Shown here: piece by piece, positions 9,274 through 17,193 of the stretch
How the letters are laid out: each line of letters opens with the position of its first letter
Numbering within the stretch: the stretch's first letter is position 1
Source: a virus
Strand: one strand, 5' to 3'
Virus record (IMG/VR): IMGVR_UViG_3300027861_000010
DNA length: 64,000 nt
Translations under genes and position numbers: made by a program
Notes under the pieces: generated by a model
Told to the model about the DNA's origin: nothing
Seen by the model: the letters and a program-made list of their open reading frames with translations, nothing else
Databases searched by the model: none

Positions 9274-9798
9274 ATGGCAAGACGTAAAAAGAGTCCGAGC
9301 AAGACGGTTCGTAAGGAAGTCCGAAGTGGGCAGGGTCGCGTCAACAAGGCGGCACAGATTCGGGAGTTCCTTCGGATCAACCCTACCCTGACTTTCGCAC
9401 AAATGACGAGCAAGTTCGAGGCTCTCGGATTGACGGTAACGTCCGCCCAGTTCTATTCGTTGCGTAACGAGATGAAGAGTGGCGGGTCGAACAAGAGTCC
9501 GAGGAGAAAGACAAAAACGCAAGCGAAGCAACGGCGTAAGAAGATCACTCCAGCTCGTGCTCCTGTTGTGACGGCCAAGCAAGGCTGCACGATGGAACCG
9601 CAGACGGCTGCTGAGATCTACGGCGATCCGTCATTGTCGCTGGAAGCCAGTACGCAACCGCCGAACGTGGAACGGGTGCTTCAAGCCCGCAACATTCTCG
9701 AGCGGGCGTACTTGGAAGCCTGGCAGATTGTTGGTCAGAACTATGACCTGGTTGATATCATCGTGGATGACATTCAGGAGAAACATAAGGCCCACTGA
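9274..9798 (+). CDS. Basic putative DNA-binding protein (HTH-like)
   Basis: AAGAGG RBS; K/R-rich; NKAAQIREFLRINP...LGLTVTSAQFYSLR motif. Confidence 0.65.
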   Translation: MARRKKSPSKTVRKEVRSGQGRVNKAAQIREFLRINPTLTFAQMTSKFEALGLTVTSAQFYSLRNEMKSGGSNKSPRRKTKTQAKQRRKKITPARAPVVTAKQGCTMEPQTAAEIYGDPSLSLEASTQPPNVERVLQARNILERAYLEAWQIVGQNYDLVDIIVDDIQEKHKAH

Positions 9799-9818
9799 TC
9801 TGCGGCGAAACTACAGAT

Positions 9819-9856
9819 AGCAGGACGAGGTGCACAACACACCTCGTCCTGCTTTT
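9819..9856 (+). terminator. Intrinsic terminator
   Basis: Perfect 14-bp stem AGCAGGACGAGGTG / CACCTCGTCCTGCT, 7-nt loop, then TTT; 20 nt after the stop codon. Confidence 0.75.
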
Positions 9857-9887
9857 CACGCGTGGGGCGACATGGGAGGTAAAGGGC

Positions 9888-10118
9888 GTGCGGTACTATA
9901 TTTTAACGATAGGCGGCGTCTGGTTTTTGTTTTCACTCGTTTTCACTCGTTTTCACTCGTTTTCACTCGTTTTCACTCTCGCACTCTGTAAGGCAGCATC
10001 AGACGCGGACGACTGGAATGAGGAGATGTTTAGAAAATTAAAAGAAAAGGAGGAAGCTAGTGCTTTTAACGAGAAGTGGGATCTTGAAAGCGATTCAGGA
10101 TGGCTACATCGGAATTGA
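9888..10118 (+). CDS. Small membrane protein containing a VNTR
   Basis: GGGAGG RBS, GTG start; hydrophobic N-terminus followed by ALCKAAS. Confidence 0.55.
   Translation: MRYYILTIGGVWFLFSLVFTRFHSFSLVFTLALCKAASDADDWNEEMFRKLKEKEEASAFNEKWDLESDSGWLHRN
9929..9978. repeat. 10-bp tandem repeat (GTTTTCACTC) x5
   Basis: Five perfect copies starting at 9929, 9939, 9949, 9959 and 9969. Confidence 0.95.
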
Positions 10119-10611
10119 ACCTTTCAATGAGAATCAACTCAACCCGAACAGCTATGATCTCCGGTTGGGTCGTCAGGTCTTGCTTTATGAGCCCGGTGAG
10201 ATTGACGCGGCGAAACCTCATCAAATAATCTCACAAGAGATCACCGACGAAGGCATCCTGCTTCAGCCAGGAGAGCTGTATTTGATGGCGACCGAAGAAG
10301 TAACAACTTCTGCGAATCACGTACCGGGCATTGAAGGGCGTTCGTCGGTCGGGCGTCTTGGTGTGAATGTTCATGCCACAGCAGGCTTTGGTGACGTCGG
10401 ATTCCACGGAACCTGGACTCTCGAAGTATCCTGCGTTCGCCCTGTTCGATTATATGCAGGCATGCGTATTTGCCAGATCTATTACACAACCTGCTCCGAA
10501 ATTGAGGAAGGCGATCTCTACGCAGGCAAATACCTTGGACAACACGAGCCCTGTGCAAGTCGCATCTATAGGGAATGCGACGAATGGCACTGCTCAAAAT
10601 CTGGAATTTAG
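10060..10611 (+). CDS. dcd: dCTP deaminase
   Basis: NQLNPNSYDLRLG, EGRSSVGRLG, AGFGDVGFHGTWTLE, ICQIYY and GKYLGQ. Confidence 0.9.
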   Translation: MLLTRSGILKAIQDGYIGIEPFNENQLNPNSYDLRLGRQVLLYEPGEIDAAKPHQIISQEITDEGILLQPGELYLMATEEVTTSANHVPGIEGRSSVGRLGVNVHATAGFGDVGFHGTWTLEVSCVRPVRLYAGMRICQIYYTTCSEIEEGDLYAGKYLGQHEPCASRIYRECDEWHCSKSGI

Positions 10612-10764
10612 GTCGAGCCAGAAACCCAAGATACGAGGCTCGAGGATCCGTGAACTGTAAACTTAGTGAGTCCTGAATAGCTCGCCCAGGTCGCAGGAGG
10701 TGCGATATGAACCCGAGCGGCGAAGATGGTCAGGCATCTGTCGCTGTTCTTTTTAATTTTGAAT

Positions 10765-10790
10765 AGCCCAGGGAATCCCCCTGGGCTTTG
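10765..10790 (+). terminator. Probable intrinsic terminator
   Basis: 9-bp stem AGCCCAGGG / CCCTGGGCT followed by TTGTT. Confidence 0.5.
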
Positions 10791-10813
10791 TTCGTTTAAG
10801 GACTGAGAGAATT

Positions 10814-11671
10814 ATGAGCACAATGACAAAGAAAACGAAGAAGAAGAAGAGAGGTAAGTTGCCAACCGGCATCGGTGAAAACGAAGTAGTGATCCCATTT
10901 GAGGAAAAGTTCAAGTGGCCAGACACACATAAGCGAGTCACGTTTGATGGGCCTCAGTTTCAAGAGTGGATTCACCAGACATTACCAGTGTCTCGCGAAC
11001 TCAAGCCTATGGATCATGAAAAGGCCAAGACAGACGGCGTCAAGTTGGATGAGTTCGTATTCTACATGCGACCACTTCCAATGTGGCGGTGGGGTAGCCG
11101 TTACGAAAATGTTGGTTATTTCATGCCGTTCCTGGATACCAGCCCACCGATTGAGAAGCGGTGCTGCCTGGAGCTGTATCGTAACAGGCAAGCTGCTTAT
11201 TGTGCCTTCAGCTCTGTGATCGACATTCCTGTGCTTGCAAAGCCTGGGCCTGTTTTGGACGGCAGCAAGTTGGAGCCATGGATGTCACTGACACCCAATG
11301 AAGTGCTAACTCAGCGTGGCCAGATCCGGCGTGCCAAGAAAGACACAGCTATGGCTGGTCTTGGACTCGGCTGGGCTGCTCGCAAAGTACTCGAACGCAA
11401 GCAGGTCAAGCACCTGACTGTGTACGAAAAGTCACAGGCCATCATCGACTACTTCGGTGAGTCACTGGCGGCTGACTACCCCGACAAAGTCACGCTGGTA
11501 TGTGCCGACGCTTACGAGGTGGACTGGCAACAACACGATGTCAGCTTATGGGACATTTGGGAGGACTGGGGCGGTGCCGCGTGGGACCGTAAGTTCGAGA
11601 AGATCCGAATGGAACTTGAAGCTGACGGTAAAGTCTGTGTCGGTTGGGGCCAGGGAGTATCAACGACATGA
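10814..11671 (+). CDS. SAM-dependent methyltransferase-like protein (spermidine synthase-like fold)
   Basis: Motif I AMAGLGLG, then LTVYEKS, CADAY and WDIW. Confidence 0.65.
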   Translation: MSTMTKKTKKKKRGKLPTGIGENEVVIPFEEKFKWPDTHKRVTFDGPQFQEWIHQTLPVSRELKPMDHEKAKTDGVKLDEFVFYMRPLPMWRWGSRYENVGYFMPFLDTSPPIEKRCCLELYRNRQAAYCAFSSVIDIPVLAKPGPVLDGSKLEPWMSLTPNEVLTQRGQIRRAKKDTAMAGLGLGWAARKVLERKQVKHLTVYEKSQAIIDYFGESLAADYPDKVTLVCADAYEVDWQQHDVSLWDIWEDWGGAAWDRKFEKIRMELEADGKVCVGWGQGVSTT

Positions 11672-12132
11672 AAAGAGTCCAACGAAAGATCAGGGGCTTC
11701 AATGACAAGCCTCCTGGTGAGCAGTGTCAACGCTGCAAGAAATGGGGAGAAGACAGGCGAACGCTTTGGCAAGCCTGTTTCTACGCCCTGGATGAATACG
11801 ATGTCCCGTTTAACCAGGTGCAAATAACGGGACATTTTTGTGAACAAAACGGGACTGAGAACCTTGAGTTTCTCAACAACAAAGAGGTCCCGACGTTTGC
11901 AGAGCCGGACACAAGTGAGGCTGCCCGCAACTACAAGTTTTTCACTTTGCGTGTTTGCAAAGAGTGTCGAGCTTCGTGGATGCGGGCTATCGCTGATTGG
12001 TTCCAAGCTGCACCAACCCAGCCCGAGTCGTGTGGCTCGGGCATTCTCATTCGCCGCGACGGTATTAACGTCGAAGTCACTCTCGAAGAGTGGCAACAAC
12101 TCCAGAAGGAAAAAGCCGATGAAGATCAATGA
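11668..12132 (+). CDS. Hypothetical Zn-binding protein
   Basis: CQRC and CKEC pairs; ATGA coupling. Confidence 0.55.
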   Translation: MKRVQRKIRGFNDKPPGEQCQRCKKWGEDRRTLWQACFYALDEYDVPFNQVQITGHFCEQNGTENLEFLNNKEVPTFAEPDTSEAARNYKFFTLRVCKECRASWMRAIADWFQAAPTQPESCGSGILIRRDGINVEVTLEEWQQLQKEKADEDQ

Positions 12133-12418
12133 CGTAATTGCTGAGATCAGCAAAGGTACGTTTGACAATCAGTTGAGGACGTTGAATGACGTCATTAAGT
12201 CCCGAAAGGAACGTGTCGCTGAACAAACCTTGTACTCGCTGCAACCTGGTGACCTGGTTCGGGTCGATAACATCCGACCGAAGGCCATCTGCGGCAAGAC
12301 CGCGAAAGTGGTTAAAACCAACCGTACCACTGTCACGGTGAAGTTTGGTGAAGACGCCGGACGACACCGCGGGGTGTGTCGCGTGCCGTCTGCCTGTTGT
12401 GAGAAGGTGGAAGCGTGA
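12119..12418 (+). CDS. Hypothetical protein with KOW/SH3-like C-terminus
   Basis: LQPGDLVRV...KTAKVVKTNRTTVTV pattern. Confidence 0.5.
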   Translation: MKINDVIAEISKGTFDNQLRTLNDVIKSRKERVAEQTLYSLQPGDLVRVDNIRPKAICGKTAKVVKTNRTTVTVKFGEDAGRHRGVCRVPSACCEKVEA

Positions 12419-12708
12419 GGCGTCGATCCAAACGCAAATCTGTGCAAATAGTCGTCTGTCCGGAAACGGGCAGGCGGCTTTGCCAGGACAACAAATGGCG
12501 TGAGTTCGCAAACTTCGGTACCTATCCCGAGTGCGTCAAGCTCTTCAAGTACCCACAAGCGGCACTGAAGGCTGGAGCACGGTATCGAATCAAACCGGCT
12601 CAGCCGGGCGACACTCTTAACAGTATCGTTTACCTCTATGACGGCGACTCAATGGACGCCTCAGGAAGGATTTATCGTGAGTCGAAAGAAGAACAAGCAG
12701 TTTGCTGA
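12415..12708 (+). CDS. Hypothetical protein
   Basis: GTGA overlap; 97 aa. Confidence 0.5.
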   Translation: MRRRSKRKSVQIVVCPETGRRLCQDNKWREFANFGTYPECVKLFKYPQAALKAGARYRIKPAQPGDTLNSIVYLYDGDSMDASGRIYRESKEEQAVC

Positions 12709-12773
12709 AGCGTATCAATGGACCCCGTTGATGCCTCGTCAGCGGTTGTTCGAGACAGCTGTCAGCAAGGAGG

Positions 12774-13073
12774 TTGAAGTTGAGTAACCCCGATAAAGTA
12801 GGAAGTGTTCTGTTGATTGTGCTTGCATTGGCCATTGGGATTATTGGTGTCCAATCCTGCAGTCAATCCAACATGGACTATTACGATAGCGACATTCTGC
12901 AAGTTGGACGAGAACGGCTCATCCAAAGCTTCACCGATCCAGATGAAGTGCAGGTAATACAAGAATCAGTTATTAGGCCGGGTCGCCGCGGTGGCGAGTT
13001 CGGGTACTGGGCTAGATACAAGCGACTCACTGCCGATGGTAGCTGGGTCGAGGAGGAACATTACGATGAGTAG
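12774..13073 (+). CDS. Membrane-anchored hypothetical protein
   Basis: AAGGAGG RBS; N-terminal TM segment VGSVLLIVLALAIGIIGV. Confidence 0.55.
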   Translation: MKLSNPDKVGSVLLIVLALAIGIIGVQSCSQSNMDYYDSDILQVGRERLIQSFTDPDEVQVIQESVIRPGRRGGEFGYWARYKRLTADGSWVEEEHYDE

Positions 13074-13560
13074 CATGATAGAACCAGGCAAGCCACTGTC
13101 CCTTGAACGCCTGATGGGTACGTTGGCTTCGTCTGTCGAAAAGGCTGAGCAGGAACGAGACAAGATCGCTACCGACGCTGGCGAAGCAGAACAAAAGAAC
13201 TGGTTCTTCTTCAACGGTAAGGTAACGGCCTTGCATGAGCTTGAAGCTCAGTTGCGTATGTGGTTGAAGTCTTTCCCGATACCCGCTTGCATTGATTGGT
13301 TGAAGTCTTTCCCGATGCCCGATTGCATTGATTTACCTAACCCTGGCGAGGTCAATGTTAAGTTGTCCAACGGAGAGACTGTAAGCCTTCGCGAAGACCG
13401 CGACTGCCTCCACGTCGGCCAAGTCGATGGCGTCGGAGAAGATTGGTGGCTTTGCACCATTCAAAAGAACGGGGTGCTTGTCGCACCTAACAGCAGTAAT
13501 AGCTGTGAGGTACTCGCACACAAACTGAAAAACCATGACCCATTAGGAGCTGAGGCATGA
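13066..13560 (+). CDS. Hypothetical protein with an internal 12-aa duplication
   Basis: GAGGAGG upstream; WLKSFPIPACID-WLKSFPMPDCID. Confidence 0.55.
   Translation: MSSMIEPGKPLSLERLMGTLASSVEKAEQERDKIATDAGEAEQKNWFFFNGKVTALHELEAQLRMWLKSFPIPACIDWLKSFPMPDCIDLPNPGEVNVKLSNGETVSLREDRDCLHVGQVDGVGEDWWLCTIQKNGVLVAPNSSNSCEVLAHKLKNHDPLGAEA
13261..13332. repeat. In-frame 36-bp tandem duplication
   Basis: tggttgaagtctttcccgat(a/g)cccg(c/a)ttgcattgat x2, two mismatches. Confidence 0.9.
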
Positions 13561-13721
13561 ATGTGACAGTCAACATCAACATTCGTATTACTGAGGATAC
13601 CGATCTCGAGAAGCTCAGGGAGCGTATTGCGGATCAAGTCCGTAAGTTGTCGAACCCTGTCCGTACCGATGAAGGCATCACTTCAGTCCAAAGCGTCACT
13701 CTTTCGGATCTGGCGAATTAG
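13557..13721 (+). CDS. Small hypothetical protein (54 aa) whose 3' end lies in the inverted copy of the 53577 gene start
   Basis: AGGAG upstream, ATGA coupling; MNVTVNINIRITED...VTLSDLAN*; translated by hand. Confidence 0.55.
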   Translation: MNVTVNINIRITEDTDLEKLRERIADQVRKLSNPVRTDEGITSVQSVTLSDLAN

Positions 13722-13767
13722 TACGAACTGAATTATCGGCCATGGCGTTACCTGATAGCTAAAAAAA
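13698..13767 (-). repeat. 70-bp inverted dispersed repeat, copy A (partner at 53553-53622)
   Basis: Reverse complement matches 53553-53622 at 69/70 positions by manual alignment. Confidence 0.95.
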
Positions 13768-13793
13768 GATTACGCATCAACAAGTGAGAGATT

Positions 13794-14282
13794 ATGACAT
13801 CAAAACGAGAAATCAAACCGATTGAGTGGGTTCGCTACCAAGACGAGCAGGGCAAACGCTTTTGGTGGCATCCGGACGACGAACCACCGGCTAATGGTAC
13901 GCAGGTAGAAGACGATGACTTCTCAGTAAATACCATGCTGCGAGTCAGACTCGATCCTGGCGTTGACTTGTTTGGAAACCGTTACGACGAGCTCAGTGTG
14001 TTGTGGAGTGAGATGCAGTGTTGCAACTTCCTTTTGGCTCACGGCATTGATAGCGAGGGCCGATACACGGAACAGCGATTGTCTGTAAATTTGCTGCCAC
14101 AGCATTCAACAGCTCATGGCTACTTCTATTGTCGCGATGACGATTACATGAAGGCCGCCATCGACGAACTTGTTAATCGCAAGATCTTGGTGCCAACGGG
14201 GAAAAAAGCTCCGTCAGGTTTCATCGAGATACCTTTGTTCCGTTTCATGCCTATCGAGGCTGCCCATGAACTCCAACACTAA
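13794..14282 (+). CDS. Hypothetical protein
   Basis: 162-aa ORF in the + strand run. Confidence 0.6.
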   Translation: MTSKREIKPIEWVRYQDEQGKRFWWHPDDEPPANGTQVEDDDFSVNTMLRVRLDPGVDLFGNRYDELSVLWSEMQCCNFLLAHGIDSEGRYTEQRLSVNLLPQHSTAHGYFYCRDDDYMKAAIDELVNRKILVPTGKKAPSGFIEIPLFRFMPIEAAHELQH

Positions 14283-14325
14283 AGAACAAGGGACAAAGCC
14301 AAACCAAAACCTGAGGAGGAATCTG

Positions 14326-15093
14326 ATGAACACGAAAACTGAAAAAGACAAGAACGTGCTCGAAGAGTTTGAGCGATGTGGCTACAGCTACATGCATCGA
14401 CTGTTCGAGCGTTGGAAGCACCGTGCCTACTTCAATGACGCGGCCAAGGCTCGCCTGGGTTGCATCCTGGGCTACATCCTCGGACTCAAGCATTCCGGTC
14501 AAACGGAGTTTGCTGAGAAACTGGCCGAGGACATCGACGAGCAACTTGATCAGCTCAGCTTCAAGCACAACCAGCTCGAGATCAACGAGAAGAGCACGGA
14601 TGATGATGGCAACGAAAAGACCATCACCGTCAAAGTTCCGATGCGTAAGTGCCTCGTCGGTGACGACGGTACCTGGCACGGCTTCACGCTGGTGTGGTAC
14701 TCGCTTCTCAATTCTGATGTGTACGACGAGCACTTCCAGCAAGCTCGTGACGAGATCAGCAAGTCGCACGAAAAGCTCGACGAGCTGGACAAGAAGCTCA
14801 AGAAGGCCAAGAACTGGGACGACAAGCAAGCCATCGAAAGGCAGATTCGGGACGCGACCATCTACGAGTCGGCTCATCAGCTTGTCGTCAAGAAGCTCGG
14901 CATCCTGGAGCGATCCGACCCGAACGCTCAGTACTCTGAAGAGTTGACCGAGTATCGGTACATCAACGGGGTGCAGCGTCGGTTCTACTACGTCCCTGGT
15001 TTCAACGGCGGGCTGATCTACCACGGCCCCGGTGCCGGTGAGACCTTCACTGTCAATCTCGGGAGTGGAACCCTGTGGGGGATTCACACATGA
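14326..15093 (+). CDS. Hypothetical protein
   Basis: GAGGAGG RBS before ATG 14326; helical, coiled-coil-like middle. Confidence 0.65.
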   Translation: MNTKTEKDKNVLEEFERCGYSYMHRLFERWKHRAYFNDAAKARLGCILGYILGLKHSGQTEFAEKLAEDIDEQLDQLSFKHNQLEINEKSTDDDGNEKTITVKVPMRKCLVGDDGTWHGFTLVWYSLLNSDVYDEHFQQARDEISKSHEKLDELDKKLKKAKNWDDKQAIERQIRDATIYESAHQLVVKKLGILERSDPNAQYSEELTEYRYINGVQRRFYYVPGFNGGLIYHGPGAGETFTVNLGSGTLWGIHT

Positions 15094-15257
15094 ACTGGAT
15101 TGAAATCTTTGAGGAATTCACTGACCAGGCTTGGACCGCTGAGACCAAGCTCGGCCTCTTGCTTGAGTTCCTCGACCAAAACGACGGCATCATCGTTGTC
15201 ACCGTAGACATGTTTCGTGAACACCTTTCTGAAATTACCGGTCAGGAGATCGCGTGA
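15090..15257 (+). CDS. Hypothetical protein
   Basis: ATGA coupling to the previous gene. Confidence 0.45.
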   Translation: MNWIEIFEEFTDQAWTAETKLGLLLEFLDQNDGIIVVTVDMFREHLSEITGQEIA

Positions 15258-15472
15258 ACCAGATCAATCTACGTTGCCCGACAGGGTCTAAGAAAGAACG
15301 AACCGGCTGGGGCGAATGGGACACGGTATTTCTCTACAAATGCTCGGAAGGGCATGAAGTTAGAGTGCGGGCGAGTTCGTTCCGCGGGACAACACCGGAG
15401 CCAGGCGTCGGAGCCATTTCATGTCCTCAATGTGAAAGGAGCGAACGTGAGCAGCGACGAGAATCGAAATAA
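15254..15472 (+). CDS. Small Zn-ribbon-like protein
   Basis: YKCSEGH and ISCPQC motifs. Confidence 0.5.
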   Translation: MNQINLRCPTGSKKERTGWGEWDTVFLYKCSEGHEVRVRASSFRGTTPEPGVGAISCPQCERSEREQRRESK

Positions 15473-15803
15473 GGAGTTCGCGAAACTGTATCGTGAACAA
15501 CTTGACAACGTGGCTGGTATAGCTGACCGCAACCAGGTGCACATGGAGTACGCCTTGTGTCACCTAATCAACAGGTTCGCTGAAGAGATCCCTCCGGTTG
15601 AGTGCGATCGTTTCCACAAGACGTTCCGGCAGAATGACGTCCTGGATTTTGATGCTCCAGAAGATTGCGGCGGAGCCATGGACATGGTGTTCTGGAACCT
15701 GTTGAACGGCCAGTGCGAGATCTTCTGGAGGCTGCAAGGTGAGTGGTCCGAGAAGCTGAAGGCCGAGGAAGCCAAACAGGAGGTGACCGATGGAGGTAGT
15801 TGA
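15354..15803 (+). CDS. Hypothetical protein (true start probably downstream)
   Basis: Coupled ORF in the + strand run. Confidence 0.5.
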   Translation: MKLECGRVRSAGQHRSQASEPFHVLNVKGANVSSDENRNKEFAKLYREQLDNVAGIADRNQVHMEYALCHLINRFAEEIPPVECDRFHKTFRQNDVLDFDAPEDCGGAMDMVFWNLLNGQCEIFWRLQGEWSEKLKAEEAKQEVTDGGS

Positions 15804-16056
15804 ATACTACATGGACGACAACCCTGACATCGTCATCGTCCAGAATCCGTTATCCGGTGGGTGGTTCATCGAAGGACAGAAAGGCGAAAGTCTTCCCTAT
15901 GTTAGGGATGACTTTGCTCAAGCATCCAAGATGTATCAGGCTATCAAGGCTTTCAATGCCACTGGCGTACCGAAAACAGAAGATAAGTTCGGATCCATTC
16001 CGAAATCCCGTTTCAAAACACGTAAGGTCCTTCGGGGCCAAAAGAAGGAGAATTAG
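15790..16056 (+). CDS. Hypothetical protein
   Basis: AGGAGG RBS; 88 aa. Confidence 0.55.
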   Translation: MEVVEYYMDDNPDIVIVQNPLSGGWFIEGQKGESLPYVRDDFAQASKMYQAIKAFNATGVPKTEDKFGSIPKSRFKTRKVLRGQKKEN

Positions 16057-16059
16057 CTC

Positions 16060-16524
16060 ATGGGTTACACGCACTATATGAATCAAAAGAAAGAGATCCC
16101 ACAGGAGAAGTGGAACGAGGAAGTTATCCCCGCCGTTAAGGCCATCATCGAGACCGCCACGGAGAAGTGGAACATTCCGATTGTTGGGCCTATCAGCGAG
16201 CAGGACACATTTCCGGAGTTCAACAACGATCGCATTATGTTCAACGGCATTGGCGAAGATAGTCACGAAACCATGGAAGTCCTGCGACAACCGCGAGAGT
16301 TCTACTTCTGCAAGACGGCCCGAAAACCGTACGACGCTGTCTGCGTTGCGGTGAATGTGTGGTTGGAGACTTGCTTTAAGTCGTACTTCTCCTGGAGCAG
16401 CGACGGCGAAGGAGAAGATTACAAAACTGAAGGTGAGCGTCTGCTTTACGACACCTTCAAGTTTGAAGCTCTCAACCGCCGCGGACTCATCAAAGCCCTC
16501 AAGGAGAAAGTTGCAGCAGCATGA
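16060..16524 (+). CDS. Conserved-looking phage hypothetical protein
   Basis: AAGGAG RBS; MGYTHY, FNGIGEDSHET and FCKTARKPYD motifs. Confidence 0.65.
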   Translation: MGYTHYMNQKKEIPQEKWNEEVIPAVKAIIETATEKWNIPIVGPISEQDTFPEFNNDRIMFNGIGEDSHETMEVLRQPREFYFCKTARKPYDAVCVAVNVWLETCFKSYFSWSSDGEGEDYKTEGERLLYDTFKFEALNRRGLIKALKEKVAAA

Positions 16525-16865
16525 CCAATTGGTACGCTTACCGTTGGGTATGTGACAATTGTCGGGCAGTTTATTATTATGATGCTGGTATTTGTCGCAG
16601 GTGCGGCTGTAAGAATCTTGAGAAAAAGGTCAACAATCAGAGGCTCGTAGATGAGCTCAAATCTGGAAAGCGACCTCGTAAGACTTACGGCCCTGAGAAT
16701 GTGGAACGCGAAACTGATCATGGGCCTCAGAACCTTAAAGAGCCGATCCATCCTCCTGAAGAGGAGGATGATGACTTGCTGGGTAAGTCCGACGGTGAAA
16801 CAGTCCAGCAATCTGAGGACCCAGATGATCTTGACGACATGATTAACGATATCCTGGAAGGGTAA
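16521..16865 (+). CDS. Hypothetical Zn-ribbon protein with acidic tail
   Basis: CDNC and CRRCGC motifs. Confidence 0.55.
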   Translation: MTNWYAYRWVCDNCRAVYYYDAGICRRCGCKNLEKKVNNQRLVDELKSGKRPRKTYGPENVERETDHGPQNLKEPIHPPEEEDDDLLGKSDGETVQQSEDPDDLDDMINDILEG

Positions 16866-16872
16866 AACAGCA

Positions 16873-17193
16873 ATGGAGATTCATGGAGGACCTGAAAAAC
16901 GCAGGAGGCGTAAACCGGCTGACCCTGAATGGTTGGCCTTTATGTCGGATGACGACAAAGAGGCTGAGCGAATCAAGGGCTGGCAGTCCGTGTCCCTAGC
17001 GGATGTTGGGCTGCCAGTCCGTTTCGTTAACACACTCGAAGAAGACGGAATACTGACCGTCGGAGGCTTGTGCCAAAAGACTGCGGAAGATCTCCGCCAA
17101 ATCCAGAATTTAGGGGAGATCACCATCAAGAAGTGCACCAAACTGCTGGACGAGCTTCGGCTCCCAAACAGGCTGCATGAACATGGACCCTGA
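16873..17193 (+). CDS. Stand-alone RNA polymerase alpha-subunit C-terminal-domain-like protein
   Basis: LADVGLPVRFVNTLEEDGILTVGGLCQKTAEDLRQIQNLGEITI matches the alpha-CTD pattern (L.VR..N.L...GI.T+..L......L..I.N.G). Confidence 0.75.
   Translation: MEIHGGPEKRRRRKPADPEWLAFMSDDDKEAERIKGWQSVSLADVGLPVRFVNTLEEDGILTVGGLCQKTAEDLRQIQNLGEITIKKCTKLLDELRLPNRLHEHGP

Noticed and set aside
13261-13332. 36-nt repeat unit, the same length as TIGR or CRISPR-type units
   Set aside because: Only two copies, no spacer, in frame within a CDS; it is a coding duplication.
14251-15087. 278-aa - strand ORF
   Set aside because: Antisense shadow of the RBS-supported + strand gene 14326..15093; the composition is a typical reverse-frame artefact.
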